Shown one piece after another: positions 17,717 through 27,323 of a stretch of 64,000 nt of DNA. This DNA is from Bacteroidales bacterium (GTDB taxonomy: Bacteria > Bacteroidota > Bacteroidia > Bacteroidales > UBA4181). The stretch's first letter is position 1; every line of letters starts with the position of its first letter. The stretch covers positions 6,749-70,748 of the forward strand of contig JAVBNP010000006.1 in the NCBI GenBank assembly GCA_031551455.1. The letters are read 5' to 3'. The notes below the pieces were generated by a model. It did no database searches. It was not told the DNA's origin and saw only the letters and a list, made by a program, of their open reading frames with translations. A program made the position numbers and the translations under genes.

Positions 17717-19078
17717 TCAATGTTCCACCACAATTTGTCGCATTTGCGGTTTATCGTTCACTCCATCGTAAATATGCAAGTAGTAGATACCATTGGACAG
17801 GCTACTTACATCAAATTCCGTTTTTCCGCCTTTGGTCGTTTTACGGCGCAGCATATTGCCTTGCCCGTCGTACAACCGAATGTCGTAAGTGAGATCGGTT
17901 TTGAGTCGCTTGGCATCAAGAGTGGCTTGCTCGAGGGATTTGGCTTGAGCAATCGCTTCCCGATCCATTTCGATGTTGAGGATGTAGGAGGCCGGGTTGG
18001 GATAAAAGGACCAAAGAAGCGAATCATTGGGAGACACTGTTACATATTTTCTGACCGTGGAAGAAACGCCACATGCATTGCGCGCGTATACTTCTACCCA
18101 CAGATTGCCGCTTGAGTTAAAAACGACATCGGCGTAATTCATCGTGCCAACGGTATAAGTTGCCACTACGCTGCTGAACGTATTATGTGTCCATGTAAAC
18201 CAATAACCCGGTCGCGACGCTGCAACTCCGTATGTGTTGCGAACTCCGGCCATCGTTGTTGCAGGCCCGTCTATTGTGGCGCCAATAACCGGCGGACTAT
18301 CCACGGACACATTGTATCTTGTCAATTCCGAACCGTTGAACCGAACGCTTACCCAACCCGGTTCGCTGGTGCCGGATCCCGTAACCGAAACGGTATTGGT
18401 CCCTTGACCGCTGGTAATTGTAATATTGGAACTACAACTCCAACTATAACCCGATTGCCAATTGGTGGCCGTGAAGGTGGCCGACAAACCGTAACAGACT
18501 TTGGAGTTGGAGGGGCCAGAGATGGTAGGGGTTCTTATATAAAACCGTAAATAAGTATTATCATAGGGTGTATCATATCGTTGATGTATCATTAAGGGTC
18601 CTTCTCCCCATTTTGACATATACCACCCTGGACGATTTATCGTTATACCCGAGTGATCATCGGGACCGGATACTGATTGGTTGCTGTAACCCCATGACAC
18701 TTTTCCCGGATGAACTTCTTGCGGAACTAGAACATAGCTGGTATCTGTCATATATATATCTTCATCTGTTGTCCTATAATAACCGATCCATCGATTTTCT
18801 CCTCCCTCTGATACATGCCAAGCAAATCCATGACAATTATAGGTCCGGGTTGAGCTTATGTTAAAAATATCTGTTATGATAATCGCATTAGGGTACCTCG
18901 ATTGCCAATATTGATCTGATGCCACTCTCACCGAATGACTTGTTTCTTCCCTAACATATGCTTCTACCGTATGTCCTTTAGGAGTAAGTACATCTCTTCT
19001 TGTATCTCCTGCTATAAGTTTGTTAATACAAGCAAAATTTGACAATGATAATATGGTTAATAGTAAATATATTTTCAT
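17717..19078 (-). CDS. Secreted protein with T9SS type A C-terminal sorting domain; N-terminal possible Cys/His (papain or NlpC/P60-like) domain and two Ig/PKD-like modules
   Basis: Start set at MKIYLLLTILSLSNFAC; ATG complement at 19076-19078. The C-terminus FYPNPASYILNIE ... SNGIYYLHIYDG ... QIVVEH matches the Por_Secre_tail pattern. YNCHGFAWH (Cys82) and DDHSGITI (His142) are spaced 60 aa apart. Confidence 0.65.
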   Translation of the reverse strand: MKIYLLLTILSLSNFACINKLIAGDTRRDVLTPKGHTVEAYVREETSHSVRVASDQYWQSRYPNAIIITDIFNISSTRTYNCHGFAWHVSEGGENRWIGYYRTTDEDIYMTDTSYVLVPQEVHPGKVSWGYSNQSVSGPDDHSGITINRPGWYMSKWGEGPLMIHQRYDTPYDNTYLRFYIRTPTISGPSNSKVCYGLSATFTATNWQSGYSWSCSSNITITSGQGTNTVSVTGSGTSEPGWVSVRFNGSELTRYNVSVDSPPVIGATIDGPATTMAGVRNTYGVAASRPGYWFTWTHNTFSSVVATYTVGTMNYADVVFNSSGNLWVEVYARNACGVSSTVRKYVTVSPNDSLLWSFYPNPASYILNIEMDREAIAQAKSLEQATLDAKRLKTDLTYDIRLYDGQGNMLRRKTTKGGKTEFDVSSLSNGIYYLHIYDGVNDKPQMRQIVVEH

Positions 19079-19089
19079 GATTGTAAAAT

Positions 19090-19452
19090 TTAGTGTTCCC
19101 AATTTGAAAAAATAACAATCCTTCTTTTTTCCATAACTTTATTAAATCCGTCCGAATTATCCGGTTTAAAATCATTACCGGCACAGTCAAATAAATAATA
19201 TGCCCTACTCGCACTACGCATCGGACTTATGTCGGAAACAAAGATGTCTTCGCCTTTATACCTTACAAGCCAAATAGTACCCACATAAGGTATATCGGCA
19301 TTTTTATCTTCTGTTTTTTGTATTAGTTCGGCCAACCAAGAAATATTTTGTTGCGGATTTTCAACCCCGCAAGCAATCATTTTTTCGGATTCCCGCCCAC
19401 ATGAAAACATAATGATACACAATAATATAATAATAAAATCATGACTTTTCAT
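19090..19452 (-). CDS. Small lipoprotein of unknown function
   Basis: MKSHDFIIILLCIIMFSC lipobox-like signal. AT-rich. 11-nt gap to the downstream T9SS cargo gene. Confidence 0.5.
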   Translation of the reverse strand: MKSHDFIIILLCIIMFSCGRESEKMIACGVENPQQNISWLAELIQKTEDKNADIPYVGTIWLVRYKGEDIFVSDISPMRSASRAYYLFDCAGNDFKPDNSDGFNKVMEKRRIVIFSNWEH

Positions 19453-19455
19453 ATT

Positions 19456-20181
19456 TCAGTTTTTTATCAATTGATAAGACAAACGATCTATTTCGTTAAT
19501 CTGTTCGGCATCAGCACTACCCGAAAACAATACAGACTCTAAATGTTTACTTTGTAATGTTTTTACATTCGAGTCATTCATTTTTAAAATAATATGAGTC
19601 CTCGAAAACAAATTCGTTCGGAAGCCCAATCCTTGAAAATAAGTTGGTAATTCTTGCTTTTTTTCGTACCCTTGTACAAGGACTTTTAATATTTCTTTTT
19701 TTTCATCCATTGAAATGTTATCCTGCAACTCGAGGCGACATAATAAAACTTCCAACGTAGAGACTGAAATAATATATTCTCCTTTGACAAGATCCGTCGT
19801 TATGGAATTTAAAAGCGAACATTTCCGTAATTTGTCGACATAATGAGATGAAAGAATCGATGTCAAATCCTTTCTCCTAAAAAGTTCTCTAATCCCGTTA
19901 AAATCACGGAATAATTTATTGCAACCATCTGTATAACTATTGAATGCGTATATATCATATAATAATGGATATTGCAAACAAATATCCAATAAATCTTTTG
20001 TGGAAATGGTTAAAAGCAAGTTTTCAGGTATTTGGCAAGCCTCTGTTTTTTCCGTATTGCTTTTAAACTTTTCCCATTCTTCCATTCCCGGTTTTATCGG
20101 ATAATCCCAAATCAATTTTTTTTCTTGTGCATTCGTTATATGAAAAAAGAAGACAAGGCATATAAAAATAAATTTTTTCAT
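19456..20181 (-). CDS. Secreted protein of unknown function (mostly helical by composition)
   Basis: MKKFIFICLVFFFHITNAQ signal peptide. 3-nt gap to the next gene. No motif recognised. Confidence 0.5.
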   Translation of the reverse strand: MKKFIFICLVFFFHITNAQEKKLIWDYPIKPGMEEWEKFKSNTEKTEACQIPENLLLTISTKDLLDICLQYPLLYDIYAFNSYTDGCNKLFRDFNGIRELFRRKDLTSILSSHYVDKLRKCSLLNSITTDLVKGEYIISVSTLEVLLCRLELQDNISMDEKKEILKVLVQGYEKKQELPTYFQGLGFRTNLFSRTHIILKMNDSNVKTLQSKHLESVLFSGSADAEQINEIDRLSYQLIKN

Positions 20182-20499
20182 ATCAATCGATTATTAAGTT
20201 AATAAATTTAATAATAACACTTTGGTTTTCTGCCCCCAATAAAAATTGAGAGCCTTCATTTTATGCCGTTTCTCGGCAAATATATATTTGGTTTCATATC
20301 ATTCATAATTCGTTACAATTAGTTGCTGTAAATATAACAAATAAATATGATATTTTGATCAACAAAAACAGACTTTTTTTGCAAAAAATATCGTTTTTTT
20401 ACGAAACAAATGCTCAACCTTTCAATAACCTTGTTTCCGATAATTTTCATTGAACCGGCTTCGAAAAAAATTACCTTTGTCGTTGTTAAAACATTTGTG

Positions 20500-22938
20500 A
20501 TGAAACATCATTCAACAAGCATGAAAATCGAAAAAAAACGAAAAAGCGTTTTGCATACGCGTAATATCATGTTTTGCTTGATAATTTCGGCAGGTCTTTT
20601 TTCCGGTTGTTCCGAAAACAACCACATCCGACAACGGATGGAGGCATACAATATCGTTTGGACGGAACAATCCGCATCCTCTTTCCGATCGATGCCGTTG
20701 AGCGGAACGCGGGGTTACGGGGCCAACATCTGGGTGCAAAACAACGCGTTGTACGGTTATTTGGCCGGCAACGAAAGTTACGACGAAAACGGAGATCTGT
20801 TGAAACTCGGATGTTTCCGACTCGAACTCTCACCCAATCCTTTTCGTGAAGGAACCCGATTCGAACAAACGCTGGATCCGTATAACGGCCGCATACTTGT
20901 GAAAACGGAATCGACCGACGGAAACGAAGCGTGGTTGACGCTTTGGTACGATCAAACGTCTCCCGACTTGTATATTCGAACGGAAACCGGCCAAGAAACG
21001 GAATGTCGTCTTTCGTTGGCGACTTGGCGCACCAAAGTCGATACCGTTGCGTTGGACAATTGGGATCTCCCGACGGTGTCCGTCGTTCGGCCCGACAGTC
21101 TCGAAATTGATCCCGCAACCGTCATGTTATATCACCAAAACGACAATCGACGGTTGGAATTGACAACGATTCTCGAAAAGCAAAAAATGACAGAATATGC
21201 GTCGTTAGTGCCCGACGTAACCCGAGATCTGATTTTCGGATGTATCGCTGCGGGAGAGGATATGGTTTCCGTCGACACGAAAGAATCTTTTGACGGATTT
21301 TCATGGTCGGGAAAGGCGGTAAGTCTTCAATCGAACGGAAAGAAAAAGAACCGATTGATAACGATCCATTGTTCGACGGACGTACAAACCGATGCAGATG
21401 CTTGGATCCGACAAATGAAACAATCGGTCGGCGAAAGCCTGTGTCGCGCGGAAACTTCCGAACAACAAAGCATTAAACGGTGGAATGAATTTTGGGAACA
21501 TGGTTACGTGTTCATCAATCCCGACGCGGGCTCGAAGGATGAAGGTTGGCAGGTCGGGCGCAATTATCAATTGTTCCGTTACATGCTGGCATGCAATGAA
21601 GGCGGAAAGCTGCCGCTGAAATTCAACGGGGGTATTTTTACCGTGGAGCCCGTCGATCAATCGCTCATCAAACATCTTCCGGCATACGACCCGTGGTGGC
21701 CCGACAAAAAAGCGACACCCGATTATCGGAAATGGGGTAATTTTTTCATGGCGCAAAACCAACGATTGGTCGGCTGGGCGGGACTCGTATCCGGCGATCG
21801 GAGTTTAATGGAGCCTTCCTTGAAATACTATACCGACCGCCTGAAACTTGCCGAAGCCCGCTCCCGTCGTTATTGGAATCACGGAGGCGCATCTTTCCCG
21901 GAATGCCTCTCTCCTTACGGTCTTCCGGTACAACGAATCGCCGCGGCCGACGGATCCATGTTATACGGACACCTGAACAACCATTATTCCATGCAAATCG
22001 AATTTGCATTTATGATGATTCAATATTGCCGATATTCCGACATCGACATTCGGAATTATCTTCCGTTCATCGAATCGGTGCTTCGCTTTTACGACGAACA
22101 CTACCGCATGGAACACAAAAAACGAACGGGCAAAGAATTGGGCGAAGACGGATGTTTGGTGCTTTACCCGATGAACAGTTTGGAAGCGTTTGCCGATGTA
22201 ACCGATCCCGTGGAAGTAATTGCCGGGATGCGGAAAGTTTGCGAAGAAATTTTACGGTTTAAAGGAAAAATTCCCGACGATACTCGGCAGTATGTCGAAC
22301 AATTATCGAAAATCATTCCGGAAATCCCTTACGAAACACGAGACGGCGTTACCGTGATCGCTCCCGCCCGACAATACGAAAAATTTTTCAACGAATGGGA
22401 ACTTCCCGAAATGTTTACTGTTTGGCCGTACGCAACGTTCGGAATCAATAACGCGGAGGCAACCCGAATTGCCGAAAACACTTGGGAACATGTTCCCGAA
22501 AAACGTCAAAACGCATTATCGTTTTGGAGTTGGATGTGTACACCGATATATGCCGCGTGCATGGGACGGGAAGCGGATGCCCGACGGTTGATTATCGAAA
22601 AAATGAGCGACAAAAATGCCAACGCCGATTTTCCGGCTTTTTTCGGACCGGGCCACGATTGGATCCCCGACTTTAATTGGGGTGCTTCCGGAATGATTGC
22701 TTTGCACAAAATGCTGGTAAATACCGCCGGGGATTCGACACTGTTGTTTTCGGCATGGCCGAAGGATTGGGATGTGGAATACAAACTATATCTGCCGAAA
22801 AACAAGTTTATTCGAGGCAAATACACGAAAGAAAAAACATCCGTTGTTACCGACGCTTCCGATGAGCATGCTTTTTTGATCCGAAATCCGGGTAACGCGG
22901 ATGCAATTCCTTTTCGACCCGAAAAAGCGACACAATAA
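20500..22938 (+). CDS. Large lipoprotein, DUF5703-N-like plus six-hairpin-glycosidase-like region (putative glycoside hydrolase)
   Basis: Start tentatively at MKHH (20500); the lipobox LFSGCSENN follows. The N-terminal region YGANIWVQNNALYGYLAGNESYDENGDLLKLGCFRLEL resembles DUF5703_N as I recall it. Start and family are both uncertain. Confidence 0.45.
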   Translation: MKHHSTSMKIEKKRKSVLHTRNIMFCLIISAGLFSGCSENNHIRQRMEAYNIVWTEQSASSFRSMPLSGTRGYGANIWVQNNALYGYLAGNESYDENGDLLKLGCFRLELSPNPFREGTRFEQTLDPYNGRILVKTESTDGNEAWLTLWYDQTSPDLYIRTETGQETECRLSLATWRTKVDTVALDNWDLPTVSVVRPDSLEIDPATVMLYHQNDNRRLELTTILEKQKMTEYASLVPDVTRDLIFGCIAAGEDMVSVDTKESFDGFSWSGKAVSLQSNGKKKNRLITIHCSTDVQTDADAWIRQMKQSVGESLCRAETSEQQSIKRWNEFWEHGYVFINPDAGSKDEGWQVGRNYQLFRYMLACNEGGKLPLKFNGGIFTVEPVDQSLIKHLPAYDPWWPDKKATPDYRKWGNFFMAQNQRLVGWAGLVSGDRSLMEPSLKYYTDRLKLAEARSRRYWNHGGASFPECLSPYGLPVQRIAAADGSMLYGHLNNHYSMQIEFAFMMIQYCRYSDIDIRNYLPFIESVLRFYDEHYRMEHKKRTGKELGEDGCLVLYPMNSLEAFADVTDPVEVIAGMRKVCEEILRFKGKIPDDTRQYVEQLSKIIPEIPYETRDGVTVIAPARQYEKFFNEWELPEMFTVWPYATFGINNAEATRIAENTWEHVPEKRQNALSFWSWMCTPIYAACMGREADARRLIIEKMSDKNANADFPAFFGPGHDWIPDFNWGASGMIALHKMLVNTAGDSTLLFSAWPKDWDVEYKLYLPKNKFIRGKYTKEKTSVVTDASDEHAFLIRNPGNADAIPFRPEKATQ

Positions 22939-23163
22939 GTTGACATTTAAACAAACCTAACGTTTTATATATTTGTATGTATTGTTTTTCAAAATGTTAC
23001 GACAATAATTCGGATTGAATTTGCACATAATAAAAAACGATTTTCAACATACGATGGTATGCAACGTCTTATTTTTGTGAAATAAATCGATCAAATAAAT
23101 AACGATTTTTATCATTTCATTTACATGTCTATCATCTTTTTATCAACATAAAACCAAACAACC

Positions 23164-24525
23164 ATGGCGGAAAGCAGAAAAGAATTCATCAAAAAAATAA
23201 TCGCGGGAAGCATTACGGCATCTTTCTTTCCGCAAGTGATGATCGGGAACCGTCCCGCAGGACATTTCCGTAACGTATACGGTACCGGTGTAAACGAAGA
23301 AACCCCCATTCGAATAGGGCTTATCGGAAAAGGTACCATGGGAACGTCCGACACCGATACGGCATTACGGATTCCCGGAGTGAAGCTCGTCGCCGTGTGC
23401 GATTTGTATGATGCTCGTTTGCAAGAGGCAAAAACGGCTTGGGGAAACGATCTTTTCACAACGAAGGATTATACGGAAATACTTTCACGTCAAGACATTG
23501 ATGCCGTCATTATTGCCACGCCCGATCATTGGCATCAACGAATAAGCATCGAAGCGTTAAACGCCGGAAAGCACGTATACTGCGAAAAACCGGCCATCCG
23601 AAAATTGAATGAGGCCGAAGATCTGATCAAAGCGCAACGGGCCTCCGGCCGTCTTTACCAAGTCGGAAGTCAAGGCATGGCTTCGTTGGGCAATCGCAAG
23701 GCTCGACAATTGGTGCAAAGCGGCATCATCGGAAAAGTTCATTTGATTGAAGGATTTTTTACGTCGGCGCCTCAACCGTTGAACGAATATCCCGTTCCCG
23801 ACGACGCGTCCGAAAAAACCGTTTGGTGGAACCGATTTCTCGGGAATGCACCCAAAAGACCTTTCGATGCGCAACGGTTCTTTTATTGGCGAAATTGGAG
23901 CGATTACGGTACGGGCGTTGCGGGCGATCTGTTCGTTCATGTATTGGCAAGTTTACATTTTATCACGGACGCCGCAGGTCCCGAAAAAGTATATGCTACC
24001 GGCGGAATCGATTATTATTCCGACGGGAAAAGAGATATGCCCGACATTTTGCTCGGATATTCGGATTATCCCGATCGAAACAACATCGGCGCATTTAAGG
24101 TGTCGCTCGGCGTCAATTATTCCGACGGCATTTCCAAAAAATGGGGAAGCCTCGATTTTCGGATCATCGGCGATGCCGGGACCATTGAGGTAAAGTGGGA
24201 TTCCGTTACGTTAAAAACATTAAAAGAAATTCCCGAAAACAAATTTACCGTATTGGACCCGTTGGGACAAGGCGTTGATCGGATCATTCGTCCGGGCGCA
24301 AAAGAATACGTTTTTCAAGCCGACGACGGTTATAAAGGCGGTCATTACGATCATTTCGAAAAATTTTTCAACGGCATTCGCAACAATGCCCCCATAGACG
24401 CGGATGTGCTCTTCGCCGTACGATCGGCCGCTCCCGCCTTGTTGTGTTACGAAAGCTATCTCAAAGACAGTCCGATTTTTTGGGATGCGGAAAAATTGAA
24501 AATCAAAAAATCGGCAAAAAAATAA
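23164..24525 (+). CDS. Gfo/Idh/MocA-family oxidoreductase with Tat-like signal (second copy in window)
   Basis: MAESRKEFIKKIIAGSITASFF is a degenerate Tat motif (SRKEFIK). IRIGLIGKGTMG Rossmann start. DAVIIATPDHWH and CEKP motifs. Confidence 0.8.
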   Translation: MAESRKEFIKKIIAGSITASFFPQVMIGNRPAGHFRNVYGTGVNEETPIRIGLIGKGTMGTSDTDTALRIPGVKLVAVCDLYDARLQEAKTAWGNDLFTTKDYTEILSRQDIDAVIIATPDHWHQRISIEALNAGKHVYCEKPAIRKLNEAEDLIKAQRASGRLYQVGSQGMASLGNRKARQLVQSGIIGKVHLIEGFFTSAPQPLNEYPVPDDASEKTVWWNRFLGNAPKRPFDAQRFFYWRNWSDYGTGVAGDLFVHVLASLHFITDAAGPEKVYATGGIDYYSDGKRDMPDILLGYSDYPDRNNIGAFKVSLGVNYSDGISKKWGSLDFRIIGDAGTIEVKWDSVTLKTLKEIPENKFTVLDPLGQGVDRIIRPGAKEYVFQADDGYKGGHYDHFEKFFNGIRNNAPIDADVLFAVRSAAPALLCYESYLKDSPIFWDAEKLKIKKSAKK

Positions 24526-24775
24526 ACACAACAGCGATCGATATTCGCACATTCGTGAAAATCGTCCCTTACTCCCGCTTGACGACTTATTGAAGAATTG
24601 TCCGGGTTTGGTGTTTTTTCGGAATTTCGGCAGCATGTTTACCGGTCAACGTTATTATATCCGAAATCGACAGCCCCATTTTCCAAAAGTCCTTCAAAAT
24701 ATAGGGAAAAATGTCCAAATCCGAGGTGCGGTATCGCAACAACGTTTTCTTCCGGTAATTTCATTCTTTATGCCA

Positions 24776-26215
24776 TTACTTTGATTTCGAAGAAATTCTT
24801 TTTCCGAACCACCGGAAAAACATGATCGCAACCAAAAGGGTACATGCCGCACCGATCGGATAACCGATGGTTGTCGATAATCCCAACATTTCGGGCGCCA
24901 CCACGATATAGGTCGAAATCACCATTGTCATGAACAAGGCAGAAATTAACGTAACCCAATAAAATTTGTTTTCTTTGGCAAGATATACCGTTATTGTCCA
25001 CAACGTTACCGTTGCCAACGTTTGGTTCGACCATGCAAAATATCGCCAAATAATGCCGAAATCGGCTTGCAAAAGAATTAATGCCATAACGAATAGAGGA
25101 ATTGCGACTACAATTCGTCGATTGATCTCCTTCTGACCGTAATTGATAAAATCGGCCACAATGAGTCGCGCCGAACGAAAAGCTGTATCGCCCGAAGTAA
25201 TCGGAGCGGCAATTACTCCGATAACGGCCAACAATCCGCCAACCGGACCTAACCACGAATCGGCAATTTCTTTGACCGCCACGGCTGCCGGGTTTTTCTC
25301 ATGCGCTTGTACAAATTCATTTAATCCTCCCACCGATCCGAAAAAACTCATTGCAGCGGCAGCCCAAATCAGTGCTACCAAGGCTTCAGCAATCATCGCT
25401 CCGTAAAAGACGCGACGACCTTGACGTTCGTTTTTCAGACAACGCGCCATTAACGGCGATTGTGTGGCATGAAATCCCGAAACGGCGCCGCAGGCAATGG
25501 AAATGAAAAGCATCGGGAGAATCGGAAATTTATCCGGATTCGGATTCATATTATGCAGATTCGAAGGAATTGCCTCGGGTATCGGAGCCCCGTTCCAAAT
25601 CAATGCACCGCCGATGCCCACTGCCATGAACAACATGGCAAATCCGAAAAACGGGTATATTTTACCGATGATTTTATCGATCGGAAGAAGCGTGGCAAGA
25701 ATGTAGTAAATGAAAATGATGACACACCATACCGGAAAATTCAAATAATCGGGCGTCATGTCGGCCAACAATTCCGCGGGTCCCGAAACAAACACCGCAC
25801 CAACCAAAACCATCAGCAGAACGGTAAAAGCACGCATAAATTGTTTGAATCCCTTACCCATATATTTACCCACAATTTCGGGAAGACTGATTCCTTTGTT
25901 TCGCAGCGATAACATCCCCGAAAAGTAATCGTGCACCGCGCCGCCAAAAATACTTCCGAATACGATCCACAAAAAAGCCACGGGGCCGTAAACCGCTCCC
26001 ATGATCGCTCCGAAAATGGGCCCCAATCCTGCAATATTCAAAAACTGAATCAAGAAAATACGTCCCCATCCCATCGGGACGTAATCCACACCGTCGGTAT
26101 GTTCGTAGGCCGGTGTCGGGCGATTAGGATCGACGCCGAATATTCGTTCGACCAATTTGCCGTAAAGGAAATATCCGACGATAAGAAGCGCAATGGAAAC
26201 AATGAATGTAATCAT
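24776..26215 (-). CDS. cstA: Carbon starvation protein A (CstA family peptide/pyruvate transporter)
   Basis: The N-terminus LLIVGYFLYGKLVERIFGVDPNRPTPA ... DGVDYVPMGWGRIFLIQFLNIAGLGPIFGAIMGA is a close match to the CstA signature region. Polytopic membrane protein. Confidence 0.9.
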   Translation of the reverse strand: MITFIVSIALLIVGYFLYGKLVERIFGVDPNRPTPAYEHTDGVDYVPMGWGRIFLIQFLNIAGLGPIFGAIMGAVYGPVAFLWIVFGSIFGGAVHDYFSGMLSLRNKGISLPEIVGKYMGKGFKQFMRAFTVLLMVLVGAVFVSGPAELLADMTPDYLNFPVWCVIIFIYYILATLLPIDKIIGKIYPFFGFAMLFMAVGIGGALIWNGAPIPEAIPSNLHNMNPNPDKFPILPMLFISIACGAVSGFHATQSPLMARCLKNERQGRRVFYGAMIAEALVALIWAAAAMSFFGSVGGLNEFVQAHEKNPAAVAVKEIADSWLGPVGGLLAVIGVIAAPITSGDTAFRSARLIVADFINYGQKEINRRIVVAIPLFVMALILLQADFGIIWRYFAWSNQTLATVTLWTITVYLAKENKFYWVTLISALFMTMVISTYIVVAPEMLGLSTTIGYPIGAACTLLVAIMFFRWFGKRISSKSK

Positions 26216-26269
26216 GATTTCGAAAATTTTGATTTTGTGTGGTTAGCTCAAATCATCCGAGTTTTCCGC

Positions 26270-26959
26270 TTAATCGCTTATTGCGAAATTAATAATATCA
26301 TCTGTATGCTTGTCAAGCGTATTTACCAGCGGAAGATTACAATTGGTATCGTTGAGCAAAATCGGTAGTCGCATACATCCGATGACAACTCCGTCCACAG
26401 AATAATTATCGATAATGCTCAATAATTTTTCAAGACTTGATTCTTTTATTATATTGAAATTAAGTTCTTTTGAGATTATATCATCAATAATGTCCTGTTC
26501 TTTCTCCGCTGGAACTTGCAATTCTATATGCTCGGTTTCGAACCGTTCTTGAAAATAAGTTGATTGCATGGTAAATTTTATACCCAACAATAATCCCTTC
26601 TTAATATTTAAACTTTGAGCACCCTTGACAGCACTGTCAAGGGAACTGATTATAGGAACATTTATTTTATTTCTGATTTCTTCGATCACTTTATGCGGTG
26701 AATTTGCAGCAAAAGCGATCAATTCCGCACCAGCCGATTCAAGATAGCGAGCTCCGTATAAAATGTAATCAATATAATCGGAAAGATCGTTTTTATCTTC
26801 GTATGATTTAAACTTACCGTGCGACAAACTGTATATGATTATTTCCGGGTAGTTTATATCATTAAAAATGCGGTTATATTTTTTCATTATCAAATCATAA
26901 TACTGAATGGAAGTATTATAACTTATTCCGCCCAATAATCCGATTTTTTTCATTGACAC
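26270..26959 (-). CDS. Asp/Glu/hydantoin racemase-family protein (atypical active-site motif)
   Basis: KKIGLLGGISYNTSIQYY start and a VVIGCMRLP second-half Cys motif. The first-half motif reads FAANSPH where racemases have xCNTAH. AT-rich gene. Confidence 0.6.
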   Translation of the reverse strand: MSMKKIGLLGGISYNTSIQYYDLIMKKYNRIFNDINYPEIIIYSLSHGKFKSYEDKNDLSDYIDYILYGARYLESAGAELIAFAANSPHKVIEEIRNKINVPIISSLDSAVKGAQSLNIKKGLLLGIKFTMQSTYFQERFETEHIELQVPAEKEQDIIDDIISKELNFNIIKESSLEKLLSIIDNYSVDGVVIGCMRLPILLNDTNCNLPLVNTLDKHTDDIINFAISD

Positions 26960-27176
26960 AGATCTTTATGGTTTATTAATCTGCTTTTTGTTGTAAAATA
27001 TTCCGAACGCGTGTACATCATTGTGTTTTTACAAAAATAACCGGTTTTCGATTACAAAAATTTAATGGATCGAAAGAATTTTTCTAAAATTAATCCTTAA
27101 AAACGTTGTTTCTTACATCTGTAGTAAATCGCACTTCAAAAAACAACTAACCCGGTGGTGGTCTTGCATCCGGCTA

Positions 27177-27209
27177 ATTCCTATCGGGTTTTTGAAACCC
27201 GATAGGAAT
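27177..27209. repeat. CCTATCGGG-TTTT(T)GAAA-CCCGATAGG hairpin repeat, perfect copy
   Basis: attcctatcgggttt-ttg-aaacccgataggaat: a 15-bp perfect stem. It lies in the divergent region between the racemase-family gene and ychF. Confidence 0.7.
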
Positions 27210-27290
27210 AACATTGTACCAAAATGTCTTGCGACAAATCAAAACTCCGCTCCGAGAAATTGCTCCTTCGGCAATTCCGCAAAAAACAGT

Positions 27291-27298
27291 TACCTTTG
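27291..27298 (+). promoter_or_regulatory. Candidate Bacteroidota -7 promoter box (TAnnTTTG) for ychF
   Basis: TACCTTTG lies 26 nt upstream of the ychF ATG. Motif match only. Confidence 0.35.
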
Positions 27299-27323
27299 TT
27301 CTTTTTAACATCATCAAAAATCA

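Noticed and set aside
19090-20409. Calling the AT-rich patches (19.1-20.4 kb, 26.3-27.0 kb, 36.3-36.9 kb, 58.3-59.3 kb) genomic islands or prophage remnants
   Set aside because: No integrase, transposase, tRNA target, direct-repeat boundaries or phage genes are visible. Compositional deviation judged by eye is not enough, and a computed GC and k-mer profile plus comparative genomics would be needed.
24526-24775. Short minus-strand peptide MGLSISDIITLTGKHAAEIPKKHQTRTILQ that resembles a helix-turn-helix fragment, as a possible remnant of a transposase or regulator
   Set aside because: It is only 30 codons long, with no flanking inverted repeats or other transposase remnants. The resemblance is too weak to support a pseudogene or mobile-element call.
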